This document shows positions 49,826 through 58,276 of a DNA stretch of 64,000 nt, piece by piece. Numbering within the stretch: position 1 is the first letter of the stretch; each line of letters begins with the position of its first letter. Origin of the DNA: Candidatus Aminicenantes bacterium (GTDB lineage Bacteria > Acidobacteriota > Aminicenantia > Aminicenantales > UBA8522); contig JAFNEO010000012.1 of the NCBI GenBank assembly GCA_017886205.1, forward strand, positions 235,207 to 299,206. The letters are read 5' to 3'. The notes beneath the pieces were generated by a model. It searched no databases, was not told the DNA's origin, and worked only from the letters and a program-made list of their open reading frames with translations. A program made the translations under genes and the position numbers.

Positions 49826-50591
49826 ACTCCCGGACTGAATAAGCCGGTGCCCTGTAAAATACGGATTCGTACTCGATCGTTTTTCCCTCCTCAGTGGTCA
49901 GCCAGGGAACGTCGTTATGGGAATAATCAGTGATCTGACGGGCGTTCATGTCGGATAGCCTCCCCAGGACGTCGTTAATGATCTCTATCTCGCTGCCTTT
50001 CAACATGTTCAGGTCTGGCTTTCTCAGAGGCAGGTACTTTCTCTGAGGATATTCAAAATAATTCGCCTTAACTTCGACAATCACCCCATTAGCCATCATT
50101 TGATCCACGATTTTCCTGAATTCAAGGGGCGTCGGCCCATATTTGTTCTTCAGGTAAGTGGCGCCCATGAGCTGCTCCTCATACTTCTCGTAATAGTCAA
50201 AATCGATGAAATATAGGAGCTTATAAATGACCGTTTCGCCGATGGCGGGTTTTGCTCCCACCTTGTTGAGGATATAGATCAGTACTTCCTTGAATTTCCG
50301 GAGGTTCTTCTGGGGGATGTTAATTCTCATCCGGGGCATCGCTTCGGATCCATAGGCTTCCCGGCTTTCTCTGATCACGATTTGCGGCTCTTTATCTGGA
50401 TCGAGCAGGGTGTCCACAGACAGATTGAAGATTCCAGCTAATTTCCTAAGCTCCTCGGCGCACACCTTTCTCTCTCCGTTCTCAATCTGAGATATAGACG
50501 GGCGTGAAACACCGAGTTTCTCAGCCAAGGCCTGTTGGCTTAATCCAGTGGACTCGCGGATTTGCTTTATTCTTTGACCTAATGAATCCAT
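49809..50591 (-). CDS. HTH-XRE + Panacea (DUF4065/SocA-like) domain antitoxin
   Basis: N-terminal 'IKQIRESTGLSQQALAEKLGVSRPSISQIENGER' XRE HTH; C-terminal block 'VIYKLLYFIDFDYYEKYEEQLMGATYLKNKYGPTPLEF' resembling Panacea domain. Confidence 0.5.
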   Translation of the reverse strand: MDSLGQRIKQIRESTGLSQQALAEKLGVSRPSISQIENGERKVCAEELRKLAGIFNLSVDTLLDPDKEPQIVIRESREAYGSEAMPRMRINIPQKNLRKFKEVLIYILNKVGAKPAIGETVIYKLLYFIDFDYYEKYEEQLMGATYLKNKYGPTPLEFRKIVDQMMANGVIVEVKANYFEYPQRKYLPLRKPDLNMLKGSEIEIINDVLGRLSDMNARQITDYSHNDVPWLTTEEGKTIEYESVFYRAPAYSVREYDDAV

Positions 50592-50693
50592 ATTTCACTC
50601 CTAGGTTATAATTATAGATATGTTGGATAATATGTCAAGGCTATGTAAGAATATCGGACAAATCGAACCAGCAAGATATAGAGGGCAAAGACA

Positions 50694-50764
50694 GGGGATC
50701 AGGTCTGAATTCTTAACAAATTGAGGCGCCCCCTAGGATTTTTTGATTGTTGAGACCTGACCTC
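50694..50764. repeat. Degenerate REP family A doublet
   Basis: ggggatcaggtctgaattcttaacaa-N22-ttttgattgttgagacctgacc. Confidence 0.7.
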
Positions 50765-50922
50765 AAAAATCGATAATCCCCCCCGCGGCCGAGGCGGTAC
50801 GGTCGTCTTTATCCCACCTCTCCCCGAACTCAAGGAAACAAGCGAATACCTTATGAAATCCGGTTTCCGTCCGCTGTCTTGAAATAGCGGAACTCTTGTT
50901 TTATTAGGGCTTATCCGCTCAC

Positions 50923-51114
50923 TCACTGGCCGGGCGGAGGGATCTCCAGATCCCGACAGATCTTGCGCGCTAAAAAATCGTTTATTTCGGCATGTCTTGG
51001 CACTGTCGAAACCTTATATGTCCTTTCATTCAGATAAACCGAGTGGCTCCTGCCTTCCCGGAGCATAACGCATCCGTGTGCCTCCAGGAATCGGATCAAC
51101 TCCCTGCGCTTCAT
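50923..51114 (-). CDS. hicA: HicA-family toxin
   Basis: 'MKRRELIRFLEAHGCVMLREGRSHSVYLN' HicA signature. Confidence 0.7.
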   Translation of the reverse strand: MKRRELIRFLEAHGCVMLREGRSHSVYLNERTYKVSTVPRHAEINDFLARKICRDLEIPPPGQ

Positions 51115-51329
51115 GAAAGAGGGACTTCAATTTTTTCCCGAATGACGCTTTTGTCCGCGATTTCCTGCTCCGCGAGCTTTTTGTTGGCTTCTAGGACTAA
51201 GCAGACGGCTTCTCGAAGATTCCGGCGAGCTTCACTCAAGGTTTTTCCTTGCGTATTCGCCCCGGGCAATTCTTCTACAAAACCGACGTAGCCTTCCGGC
51301 ACCTTCATAAAGACGGCCGTGAACGACAT
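51111..51329 (-). CDS. hicB: HicB-family antitoxin
   Basis: 'MSFTAVFMKVPEGYVGFVEELPGANTQGKTLSEARRNLREAV'; SD agaggtg; overlaps hicA. Confidence 0.65.
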   Translation of the reverse strand: MSFTAVFMKVPEGYVGFVEELPGANTQGKTLSEARRNLREAVCLVLEANKKLAEQEIADKSVIREKIEVPLS

Positions 51330-51454
51330 CTTTGCACCTCTATTATGAATAGACGCTTTTCCTGCGGGTTTTCTCATTTTTTCCCTCGCCAGTTTAATAT
51401 ATCACAATTTCTCAAGGAATCATGGCCGAGCGCCTAAAGATCAGCAAAACGGAC

Positions 51455-51479
51455 TTATTGATTGTTGAAACCTAACCCC
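51455..51479. repeat. Degenerate REP family A half-site
   Basis: ttattgattgttgaaacctaacccc. Confidence 0.6.
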
Positions 51480-51530
51480 AAGTCCGCGGCGTAAACTTTT
51501 GTTGACATTTCCCTAACTTATTGTTATATA
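51470..51530 (+). promoter_or_regulatory. Promoter module copy 2 (AACCCCAAGTCCGCGGCGTAAACTTTTGTTGACA-N17-TATATA with TGn extended -10)
   Basis: TTGACA 51502-51507, TATATA 51525-51530. Confidence 0.55.
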
Positions 51531-51556
51531 GTCCCTTGCAGGGGCGTTAATAAGGG

Positions 51557-52651
51557 ATGCAAGGGGTCCTCGGCATCAAGCTCAAAAAAGCCCGCACCGA
51601 TCTGGGCCTCTCCCAGGCCGCTTTCGCCCGCGCGCTCGGCTTCTCCTCCGAATTCATCTCCCTCCTCGAGGCCGATAAAAGAGCGCCGTCACTCACCTCC
51701 CTGAACAAGATCGCTGCCTACCTCAAGAAAGACCTCGGCTACTTCTTCCAGGAGAAAGAAGGCGCCTTCAACATCCTCCTCCGGGGCGACGCCCTCAAAG
51801 GGCCCGAAGGCCTCGACGCCGCCTCCCAAGCCGTCCTCCAGCGCTTCAAACGATACTGCGACGACTATCTGAGGCTCGAACGCGTCGCCAACCGCGCCGG
51901 CTCCTCCGCCGGCCCCTCCCGCCGCCTCCCTCTCGCTCCCTTCTACACCAACATCTCCCCTGAGCGCCTGGCCGAAGAGGAACGCCGTCGCCTCGGTGTT
52001 GGCGATGAGTCCATCCGCGACATCTTCGCCCTCTCCGAGCTCAACGGCTGCCGCATCCTCCGCCTTCCCATCCCCAGCGGCGCCAAGCTCTCCGGCGCTT
52101 TCATCTTCCTCGAGGACAGGGAAGCGGCCTTCGCCCTCATCAACAGCGCCGACACACCCGGCCGCCAGGCCTTCACCGCCGCCCACGAATACTGCCATTA
52201 CCTCAAGGACCGCCACGAGGGGCCGCTCATCGAAAACCCCGATGTTTTCATCGACGAGTATGTCTCCCTCTACCATCCGCGGGAGAAATTCGCCCAGACG
52301 TTCGCGGCCTGCTTCCTCATGCCCGCCTCCAAGGTCCAGGCGATCATCGAGAAGGAATTCGGCGGCCGAAGGCTGACCTTCGACCATGTGCTCTACATGA
52401 AGCGGTATTTCGGCGTGAGCTTTGCCGCCATGCTGCGCAAAGTGAGGGAGCTGGGATTTGTGTCGGCGGCCCAGTTTGAGGATTATATCAAGCGCGATCC
52501 GGACAGCCGAGAGCGAGAGGTATTCGGGGCGAGGGGAAGGCGGAGGGCGAACGCCAGCCGGCCCATCTATTCTGACCGATACATGTTGCTTAAGGCTGAA
52601 GCCGCAAAGACGAAGCGCCAAACTTCGGATAGTGCGAAATCAAAAGGTTAA
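51557..52651 (+). CDS. Single-chain XRE-HTH / ImmA-IrrE (M78) metallopeptidase regulator (COG2856-like)
   Basis: N-terminal 'LKKARTDLGLSQAAFARALGFSSEFISLLEADKR' HTH; C-terminal 'TAAHEYCHYL' HExxH. Confidence 0.75.
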   Translation: MQGVLGIKLKKARTDLGLSQAAFARALGFSSEFISLLEADKRAPSLTSLNKIAAYLKKDLGYFFQEKEGAFNILLRGDALKGPEGLDAASQAVLQRFKRYCDDYLRLERVANRAGSSAGPSRRLPLAPFYTNISPERLAEEERRRLGVGDESIRDIFALSELNGCRILRLPIPSGAKLSGAFIFLEDREAAFALINSADTPGRQAFTAAHEYCHYLKDRHEGPLIENPDVFIDEYVSLYHPREKFAQTFAACFLMPASKVQAIIEKEFGGRRLTFDHVLYMKRYFGVSFAAMLRKVRELGFVSAAQFEDYIKRDPDSREREVFGARGRRRANASRPIYSDRYMLLKAEAAKTKRQTSDSAKSKG

Positions 52652-52702
52652 TATTGCCTGCCAAAAAAACCACCATGGAAGAGATCTTGGTATCGATTTC
52701 CA

Positions 52703-52734
52703 GAGCGCCGGTTCGATCCCGGTCAGCTCCACCA
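52703..52734 (+). other. tRNA/tmRNA 3'-end-like fragment (T-arm GCCGG-TTCGATC-CCGGT + acceptor CAGCTCC + A + CCA); candidate att/integration scar
   Basis: No matching 5' acceptor strand (GGAGCTG) or cloverleaf upstream. Confidence 0.4.
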
Positions 52735-52937
52735 GATTATTTCCCTTGTTTCCCTTGGCATTTGAGCATTTCCGTGATTCTGCTTTTTTAGACTGAGTTA
52801 GCTAGACTGAGCCATTTTGGGCAGTTTTGTCCACACCGTGTCCACACGGGGAGAGGTCTGTTTTCAGTTGACTTGCTCCCCAATTCCTTGCTACCCTTTA
52901 ACCACACCTGCGTGAATCTAAACGTAAGGAGTAGGCA

Positions 52938-53453
52938 ATGATATGGAAAAAACCGGACGCGGACAACCCTCCAACCCAGACTCCCATGCAACCGCCGCCA
53001 CAGCCATCGGCCCCGCGGAGTCAGCCGCCGCTTGCCAAGGAACGGGCTTTGATCGGTCCTTCGATCGAGATCAAGGGCACCCTCTCGGGCGGCGAGGATC
53101 TGTTTGTGGAGGGCCGGGTTGAAGGAAAGATCGAACTGGCTCAGCACAGTGTCACAATCGGCACGAGCGGGCGCATTAAGGCTGATATCCAGGGACGGAG
53201 CATCGTCGTTATGGGAGAGGTCGAAGGTAATCTCGATGGGTCAGAGCAGATTATCTTGCGGCAATCCAGCAAGGTGCGAGGCAACCTTGTTGCCCCGCGT
53301 GTGAGTCTGGAGGACGGGTCGGACTTCAAGGGCAGCATCGACATGACTTCCAAACCTGCAGTGGAAGCAAAACCGTTACATACAGATAATACTGCAGTGA
53401 AGCCTCCGTCACAGCAGGTGCTTAGACAGGATAGGACTGGGGATAAGGTCTGA
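52938..53453 (+). CDS. Bactofilin-family protein
   Basis: 'IEIKGTLSGGEDLFVEGRVEGKIELAQHSVTIGTSGRIKADIQGRSIVVMGEVEGNL' beta-helical repeats. Confidence 0.6.
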   Translation: MIWKKPDADNPPTQTPMQPPPQPSAPRSQPPLAKERALIGPSIEIKGTLSGGEDLFVEGRVEGKIELAQHSVTIGTSGRIKADIQGRSIVVMGEVEGNLDGSEQIILRQSSKVRGNLVAPRVSLEDGSDFKGSIDMTSKPAVEAKPLHTDNTAVKPPSQQVLRQDRTGDKV

Positions 53454-53517
53454 TTCCAACGGTGCGAGACGGCCGCCACCCGGCGGCCTGCAATGAGAAC
53501 TTTCGACGCAGCATCCC

Positions 53518-54126
53518 ATGACTCTGAGTGCTCCTCGAGAAACCCAGGTTTCGCCGGCAGTGCACAAATCGCTCGGACTGAATGCGCTGCTGAACCCGGT
53601 GCGGGGCGATCGAAGTTACTCCATCCTGGACCTCGGCCCCGCCCTCGAAGCGAACGTGCGGTTCTGGTCGCAATTCTCCTGCTGGCTGCATATCCACGAC
53701 TTTTATCGCAGTTACCGGGAGTGGAAGGCAGCGGTTGTGCCGGAGGAGGAGTCCGAGGAGGCGGCGTTTTCCGCACTGCTTCCGTTCAGTGACGAAACGG
53801 TCTTCGACATTATCCTTGCCTGGGACATTTTTAATTACTTCGATCTGCGGGAACTCGAGGCGCTCGTTCAGAGGCTGAGCCGCTGGTGCCGTCCGGGGAC
53901 CAGGCTTTTCGCGCTGATCTCATCTCTGCCGGACATCTCTGTGTCACCCACGATGTTCAGAATTCTCAACCGCGAACAGATGATCTACGAAATACCAACC
54001 CAGGATACGAGACCATGCCCGCGCCATCAGCCGCGGGATATCGCCAGACTCATGGCACGATTCACTGTATCCAGTTCCTTCCTGTTGCGTCACGGCATCC
54101 AGGAGTACGTTTTCGCATTCAAATAG
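53518..54126 (+). CDS. Putative class I SAM-dependent methyltransferase-like protein
   Basis: Motif I-like 'SILDLGPALEAN', motif II-like 'FDIILAWDIFNYF', 'GTRLFALIS'. Confidence 0.4.
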   Translation: MTLSAPRETQVSPAVHKSLGLNALLNPVRGDRSYSILDLGPALEANVRFWSQFSCWLHIHDFYRSYREWKAAVVPEEESEEAAFSALLPFSDETVFDIILAWDIFNYFDLRELEALVQRLSRWCRPGTRLFALISSLPDISVSPTMFRILNREQMIYEIPTQDTRPCPRHQPRDIARLMARFTVSSSFLLRHGIQEYVFAFK

Positions 54127-54591
54127 GAGAACCCGCGTTCGTTCCGTTTCTGCTCGCCGCCTGCCGGAGATTAAGCAGGTTCGGAGTCGAGATGCTGGCG
54201 TCCGGCGCTCTTGTGAGACTCGGAGTGCTCGGCGGTCGGGGGTACGCTGCCTCACCTCTAAGACTCGAAGGCTCGAAAAATCTCTAAACACAGAGACTGA
54301 CCTGCCCCCGCAAGGGATCCCGGGGCACTAACGCCGCTGGACGCAAGAAATTCCCTCAGTCTCCTGAGAAACTTCGCTGAAAGCTTCTTCCTCTCAACCT
54401 TATGGGCGAGGTCGATGATCGGAATCCTCTTGTTTACGTCCTTGAGCCGTTTCAGCTTGGTCCATAATTCAACCCACCGCCTATCGCCCGGGCGCCCATA
54501 CGCACGCGACGGACCCCATTTTTTATTGGCTAAATGATAGTACCGCTCCTCTTCAAACGTCCGTTTTATTGAGTTTGAGGAATATCCGCAA

Positions 54592-54650
54592 TTGACATAA
54601 ATAATCTATATGTAAATTATTATTTGACAAATAGTCTATCCATATGTAAA
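54592..54650. repeat. Two ~25-bp imperfect direct repeats (TTGACAtAAATAaTCTATaTATGTAAA / TTGACAAATAGTCTATCCATATGTAAA)
   Basis: AT-rich gene-free segment. Confidence 0.4.
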
Positions 54651-54727
54651 AAAGGTAAGAACTTCGAGATCAGAAAAAGCCCCAAGGTCTATCTCTGCGA
54701 CGAGGTCGTTCAGCGTCGTTTCCAGAT

Positions 54728-54768
54728 ACTTTACCGACCTCGATAATACCCTTTGCGGATTCCAGATC
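54728..54768. repeat. Repeat family C copy
   Basis: tactttaccgacctcgataataccctttgcggattccagatc. Confidence 0.6.
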
Positions 54769-54912
54769 TAAATATCAATACCAGATCTGGACCTCCGAAG
54801 TAGGTGGCAAGCACACAACCCACGGAACTGAGGCCGCAGAGAAACAAAAATGGAAACCAGGACGTATACATAGTGTACGGTGACGTTGGCATTTCGGCAT
54901 AAGGAAGAAACA

Positions 54913-56256
54913 ATGCCGGGGTCGAGGAAAATCCCATCCCGCTGGGTTCTTGCCCTATGTCTCATCGCCGGTCCCTTATTTACCTCTTCCGGGGTTGGAA
55001 ACTCGGCCGATCCCTCCGCTCAGACTTCCTACGACCACGAAAACGGAGCCGACCGTCCATATTCCCTTCTCGAACGGCTCTACAAAGACCATCGGTATTT
55101 CGAGCTCCGCGACGCCGTCGAGCTGATGAAAGACCTGCCTGCGCCCGAGATGGAGTTCTACCGGGGGGCGGCCGACGAGGTCTTCAACCGGCTGGATTCC
55201 GCCGTCGCTCATCTCCGGAACTATCTTGAGGGAGGCGCGGCCGCGGGCCTCGACCGGCCGCTGGCCCAAGAGGCCTGGGCTCTTCTCCGTGACGCTTACA
55301 GGAGGGCGGGCCAGTATCGGAAATCGGCCGAAATCAGACGCTTTATCCTCGAGCGCTACGGGACCGGCCTGGACGCCGGCGGGAAGACCAATCGCGGGAG
55401 CGGGAGCGTCATCTGGTCCGCCCTGGCCGATGTCCCGCCTCAAACTGTCGAGGTCCTGGGAGCGTCGGATATTGCGATGGAGAATCGCAACTTTCCTGTC
55501 CGCATCAAGGACCGGATTTTTTATTTCTCCTATGATACCGGCGCCAGCTTCTCGGTCCTCTATCAATCGGTCGCGGAGGAATTGGGCCTCGCCCTTTTGG
55601 GGCAAGGGATAAAAATCCAGGCGGCCACGGGCAAGTGGGTTGACGCCCGGCTGGCCGTCGTCCCCGAGATTCGATTGGGCCAGGCCGTCATCCGGAACGC
55701 GGTCTTCCTGGTGCTGCCCGATGATTTCTTCCCCGTGCGGCGGGTCCGCGACGGCGTCGAACGCCGTGGCTTCATCGGCACTCCCGTCCTGGCCGCCCTC
55801 AAGGAAATCACCGAGACCCGGGACGGCCGTTTCATCATCCCGGCCTCGCCGCAACCTCGTCCCGTTCAGAACATGTGCTTCTTCGGGACCATGCCCATCA
55901 CCGAGGTCGTCCACCGGGGCGCTCGGCTGTTGTTCTTCGTGGATACGGGGGCTTCAGTGACGGACCTTTATCCGACATTCTTCCGCTTCTACCGGGGAGA
56001 GATTCAATCCCGTACGAAACCCGTGCCCGTCAGGATGCGCGGAGTCGGCGACGAGCGGACGGTCAGGACGCATATCCTGGACGAGTTCGCCTTCAAGGCG
56101 GGCGGCCGCGACCTCGCTCTGAGGAAGGTTATGGTCCATACCCAGGTCACCCATTCCATAACGGACATTTTCCACGGCAGGATCGGCCTTGACGTCCTGA
56201 CGCACTTCTCGCGGATGACGCTCAACTTCGAGTCCATGAGCTTTATCCTGGAATAA
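54913..56256 (+). CDS. Secreted protein with two tandem retropepsin-like aspartic protease domains (two D-T-G-A-S motifs)
   Basis: Signal peptide; 'FYFSYDTGASFSVLYQ' and 'LLFFVDTGASVTDLYP'; SD aaggaag before ATG 54913. Confidence 0.6.
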   Translation: MPGSRKIPSRWVLALCLIAGPLFTSSGVGNSADPSAQTSYDHENGADRPYSLLERLYKDHRYFELRDAVELMKDLPAPEMEFYRGAADEVFNRLDSAVAHLRNYLEGGAAAGLDRPLAQEAWALLRDAYRRAGQYRKSAEIRRFILERYGTGLDAGGKTNRGSGSVIWSALADVPPQTVEVLGASDIAMENRNFPVRIKDRIFYFSYDTGASFSVLYQSVAEELGLALLGQGIKIQAATGKWVDARLAVVPEIRLGQAVIRNAVFLVLPDDFFPVRRVRDGVERRGFIGTPVLAALKEITETRDGRFIIPASPQPRPVQNMCFFGTMPITEVVHRGARLLFFVDTGASVTDLYPTFFRFYRGEIQSRTKPVPVRMRGVGDERTVRTHILDEFAFKAGGRDLALRKVMVHTQVTHSITDIFHGRIGLDVLTHFSRMTLNFESMSFILE

Positions 56257-56416
56257 CGACTATTTGCTTTTGTCGAGAACAGCCTGAATCGAATTCGGGA
56301 AGGATGCTCAAAGGCAGTCAGCACCTGCACGAGGTCGCGCCCGGGGACGTCTCCGGCCGTCGTCGCTGACAAGATCATGGCCCTCGTTCATCGGCACCAG
56401 GGTCCCCGAACTTCTA

Positions 56417-56472
56417 ACCCCAAGTCCGCCGAGTAAACTTTGGTTGACATCTCCCTGACATAGTGTTATATA
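56417..56472 (+). promoter_or_regulatory. Promoter module copy 3
   Basis: TTGACA 56445-56450, TATATA 56467-56472. Confidence 0.55.
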
Positions 56473-56506
56473 CAAGCCACGGGGAACGCGCCAGCGTTTC
56501 AGGGCA

Positions 56507-57568
56507 ATGCACGGTGTCTTAGGGTCCAAGCTCAGAAAAGCCCGCACCGATCTAGGCCTCTCCCAGGCCGCTTTCGCCCGCGCGCTCGGCTTCTCCTCCG
56601 AGTTCATCTCCCTCCTCGAGGCCGATAAAAGAGCGCCGTCTCTCACCACCCTGAACAAGATCGCCGCCTACCTCAAGAAAGACCTCCACTACTTCCTCCA
56701 GGAGAAAGAAGACGCCTTCAACATCCTCCTCCGGGGCGACGCGCTCAAAGGGCCCGAAGGCCTCGACGCCGCCTCCCAAGCCGTCCTCCAGCGCTTCAAA
56801 CGCTACTGCGACGACTATCTGAGGCTCGAGCGCCGCGCCAACAGCCGCCTCCCTCTCGCTCCCCTCTACACCAACATCTCCCCCGAGCGCCTGGCCGAAG
56901 AGGAACGCCGCCGCCTTGGTCTCGGCGATGAGCCCATCCGCGACATCTTCGCCCTCTCCGAGCTCAACGGCTGCCGTATCCTCCGCCTTCCCATCCCCAG
57001 CGGCGCCAAGCTCTCCGGCGCTTTCATCTTCCTCGAGGACAGGGAAGCGGCCTTCGCCCTCATCAACAGCGCCGACACACCCGGCCGCCAGGCCTTCACC
57101 GCCGCCCACGAATACTGCCATTACCTCAAGGACCGCCACGAGGGGCCGGTCATTGAAAACCCCGATTTCTTCATCGACGAGTATGTCTCCCTCTACCATC
57201 CGCGGGAGAAATTCGCCCAGACGTTCGCGGCCTCGTTCCTGATGCCCGCCTCCAAGGTCCGGGCGATCATCGAGAAGGAATTCGGCGGCCGCAGGCTGAA
57301 CTTCGACCATGTACTTTACCTTAAGCGGTATTTCGGCGTGAGCTTTGCCGCGATGCTGCACAGGGTGAGGGAAATGGGATTTGTGACGGCGGCCCAGTTT
57401 GAGGACTATATAAAGCGCGACCCGGACAGCCGCGAGCGAGAGTTGTTTGGGGCGAGGGGAGGGGAGAGGGCGAGCGCCGGCCGTACCGTCTTCTCCGACC
57501 GGTATAAGCTGCTTCAGCTCGAGGGTATGAGGCAAAAGCGCCGAATCCCCAATAGAGGAAAACGATAA
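56507..57568 (+). CDS. Single-chain XRE-HTH / ImmA-IrrE (M78) metallopeptidase regulator, second intact copy
   Basis: ~85-90% identical to 51557-52651 product incl. HEYCHYL. Confidence 0.75.
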   Translation: MHGVLGSKLRKARTDLGLSQAAFARALGFSSEFISLLEADKRAPSLTTLNKIAAYLKKDLHYFLQEKEDAFNILLRGDALKGPEGLDAASQAVLQRFKRYCDDYLRLERRANSRLPLAPLYTNISPERLAEEERRRLGLGDEPIRDIFALSELNGCRILRLPIPSGAKLSGAFIFLEDREAAFALINSADTPGRQAFTAAHEYCHYLKDRHEGPVIENPDFFIDEYVSLYHPREKFAQTFAASFLMPASKVRAIIEKEFGGRRLNFDHVLYLKRYFGVSFAAMLHRVREMGFVTAAQFEDYIKRDPDSRERELFGARGGERASAGRTVFSDRYKLLQLEGMRQKRRIPNRGKR

Positions 57569-57681
57569 GGGGTATTTGTGCTTGTCCGAAAAATCACCCG
57601 GAAAGGTGATTGTCAGGCGCCCAACGTTTGCCCTATTTTAAGAATTGGGATTCGTCAAGGCCTTGCTTTTGGGAAATAACC

Positions 57682-58173
57682 ATGAAAATCCTCGACGATT
57701 CTGTCAACTCGCCTTCGATTAGGGAGAGCCTCAGGATCGACTTGCCCCAGGTCTTGCCCCCCGGGGAATGCAGAAACGCCGTTTATGACGCAAACCTGGC
57801 TGCCCATTTTATCGCGGGCCCAGTGAACCGGGCCCAATACCTAGCCCAGATAAGCGCCGAGCAGAAGGTGCGGGAAAGGCCGCTGTGCTCTGTGGCGGCG
57901 ACCCATGAACAGGAGCTGGATAGGATGGCTAAGATTATTCGCCAGCGGCAAGTCCTCAACGAACGAATCGGCGTCATCGGAGTTCCAGGAGATGGCAGTG
58001 CTAAGGGGGGGTCGAATACAACGGGCAACTTACCATTCAGACGAGCGGTGCCTGGAAGTCTGGTGAGCAACATCGGGCTGGTGGGGGTGGGCGGGGCGAA
58101 CAGGATAATTAAAAGCGCCGGCAGGGTAAGGACCCGGACGACGATGAATTTTCGGTGCGGTGAAGAGATTTAA
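57682..58173 (+). CDS. Hypothetical protein
   Basis: ORF only; start chosen at MKILDDSV (track start 57610). Confidence 0.3.
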   Translation: MKILDDSVNSPSIRESLRIDLPQVLPPGECRNAVYDANLAAHFIAGPVNRAQYLAQISAEQKVRERPLCSVAATHEQELDRMAKIIRQRQVLNERIGVIGVPGDGSAKGGSNTTGNLPFRRAVPGSLVSNIGLVGVGGANRIIKSAGRVRTRTTMNFRCGEEI

Positions 58174-58276
58174 TATTAAACGATATGTAAGAGAATTATT
58201 GCATGGTAGACATAAGTAATATCCTTGGCGGCTATTATTAATATTTGTTCTTTATGGTGAAAAGAATTTGAGAAAA

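Noticed and set aside
51689-52621. 310-aa and 327-aa minus-strand ORFs (also 56552-57535)
   Set aside because: They are antisense shadows of the two XRE-ImmA genes. The Gly/Glu/Ala-rich translations are identical in both copies only because the sense genes are duplicated.
52655-52734. Complete tRNA gene
   Set aside because: Only the T-arm, the 3' acceptor strand and CCA are present. No complementary 5' acceptor strand and no D or anticodon arms can be found upstream.
54976-55914. 312-aa minus-strand ORF
   Set aside because: It is antisense to the tandem-retropepsin gene.
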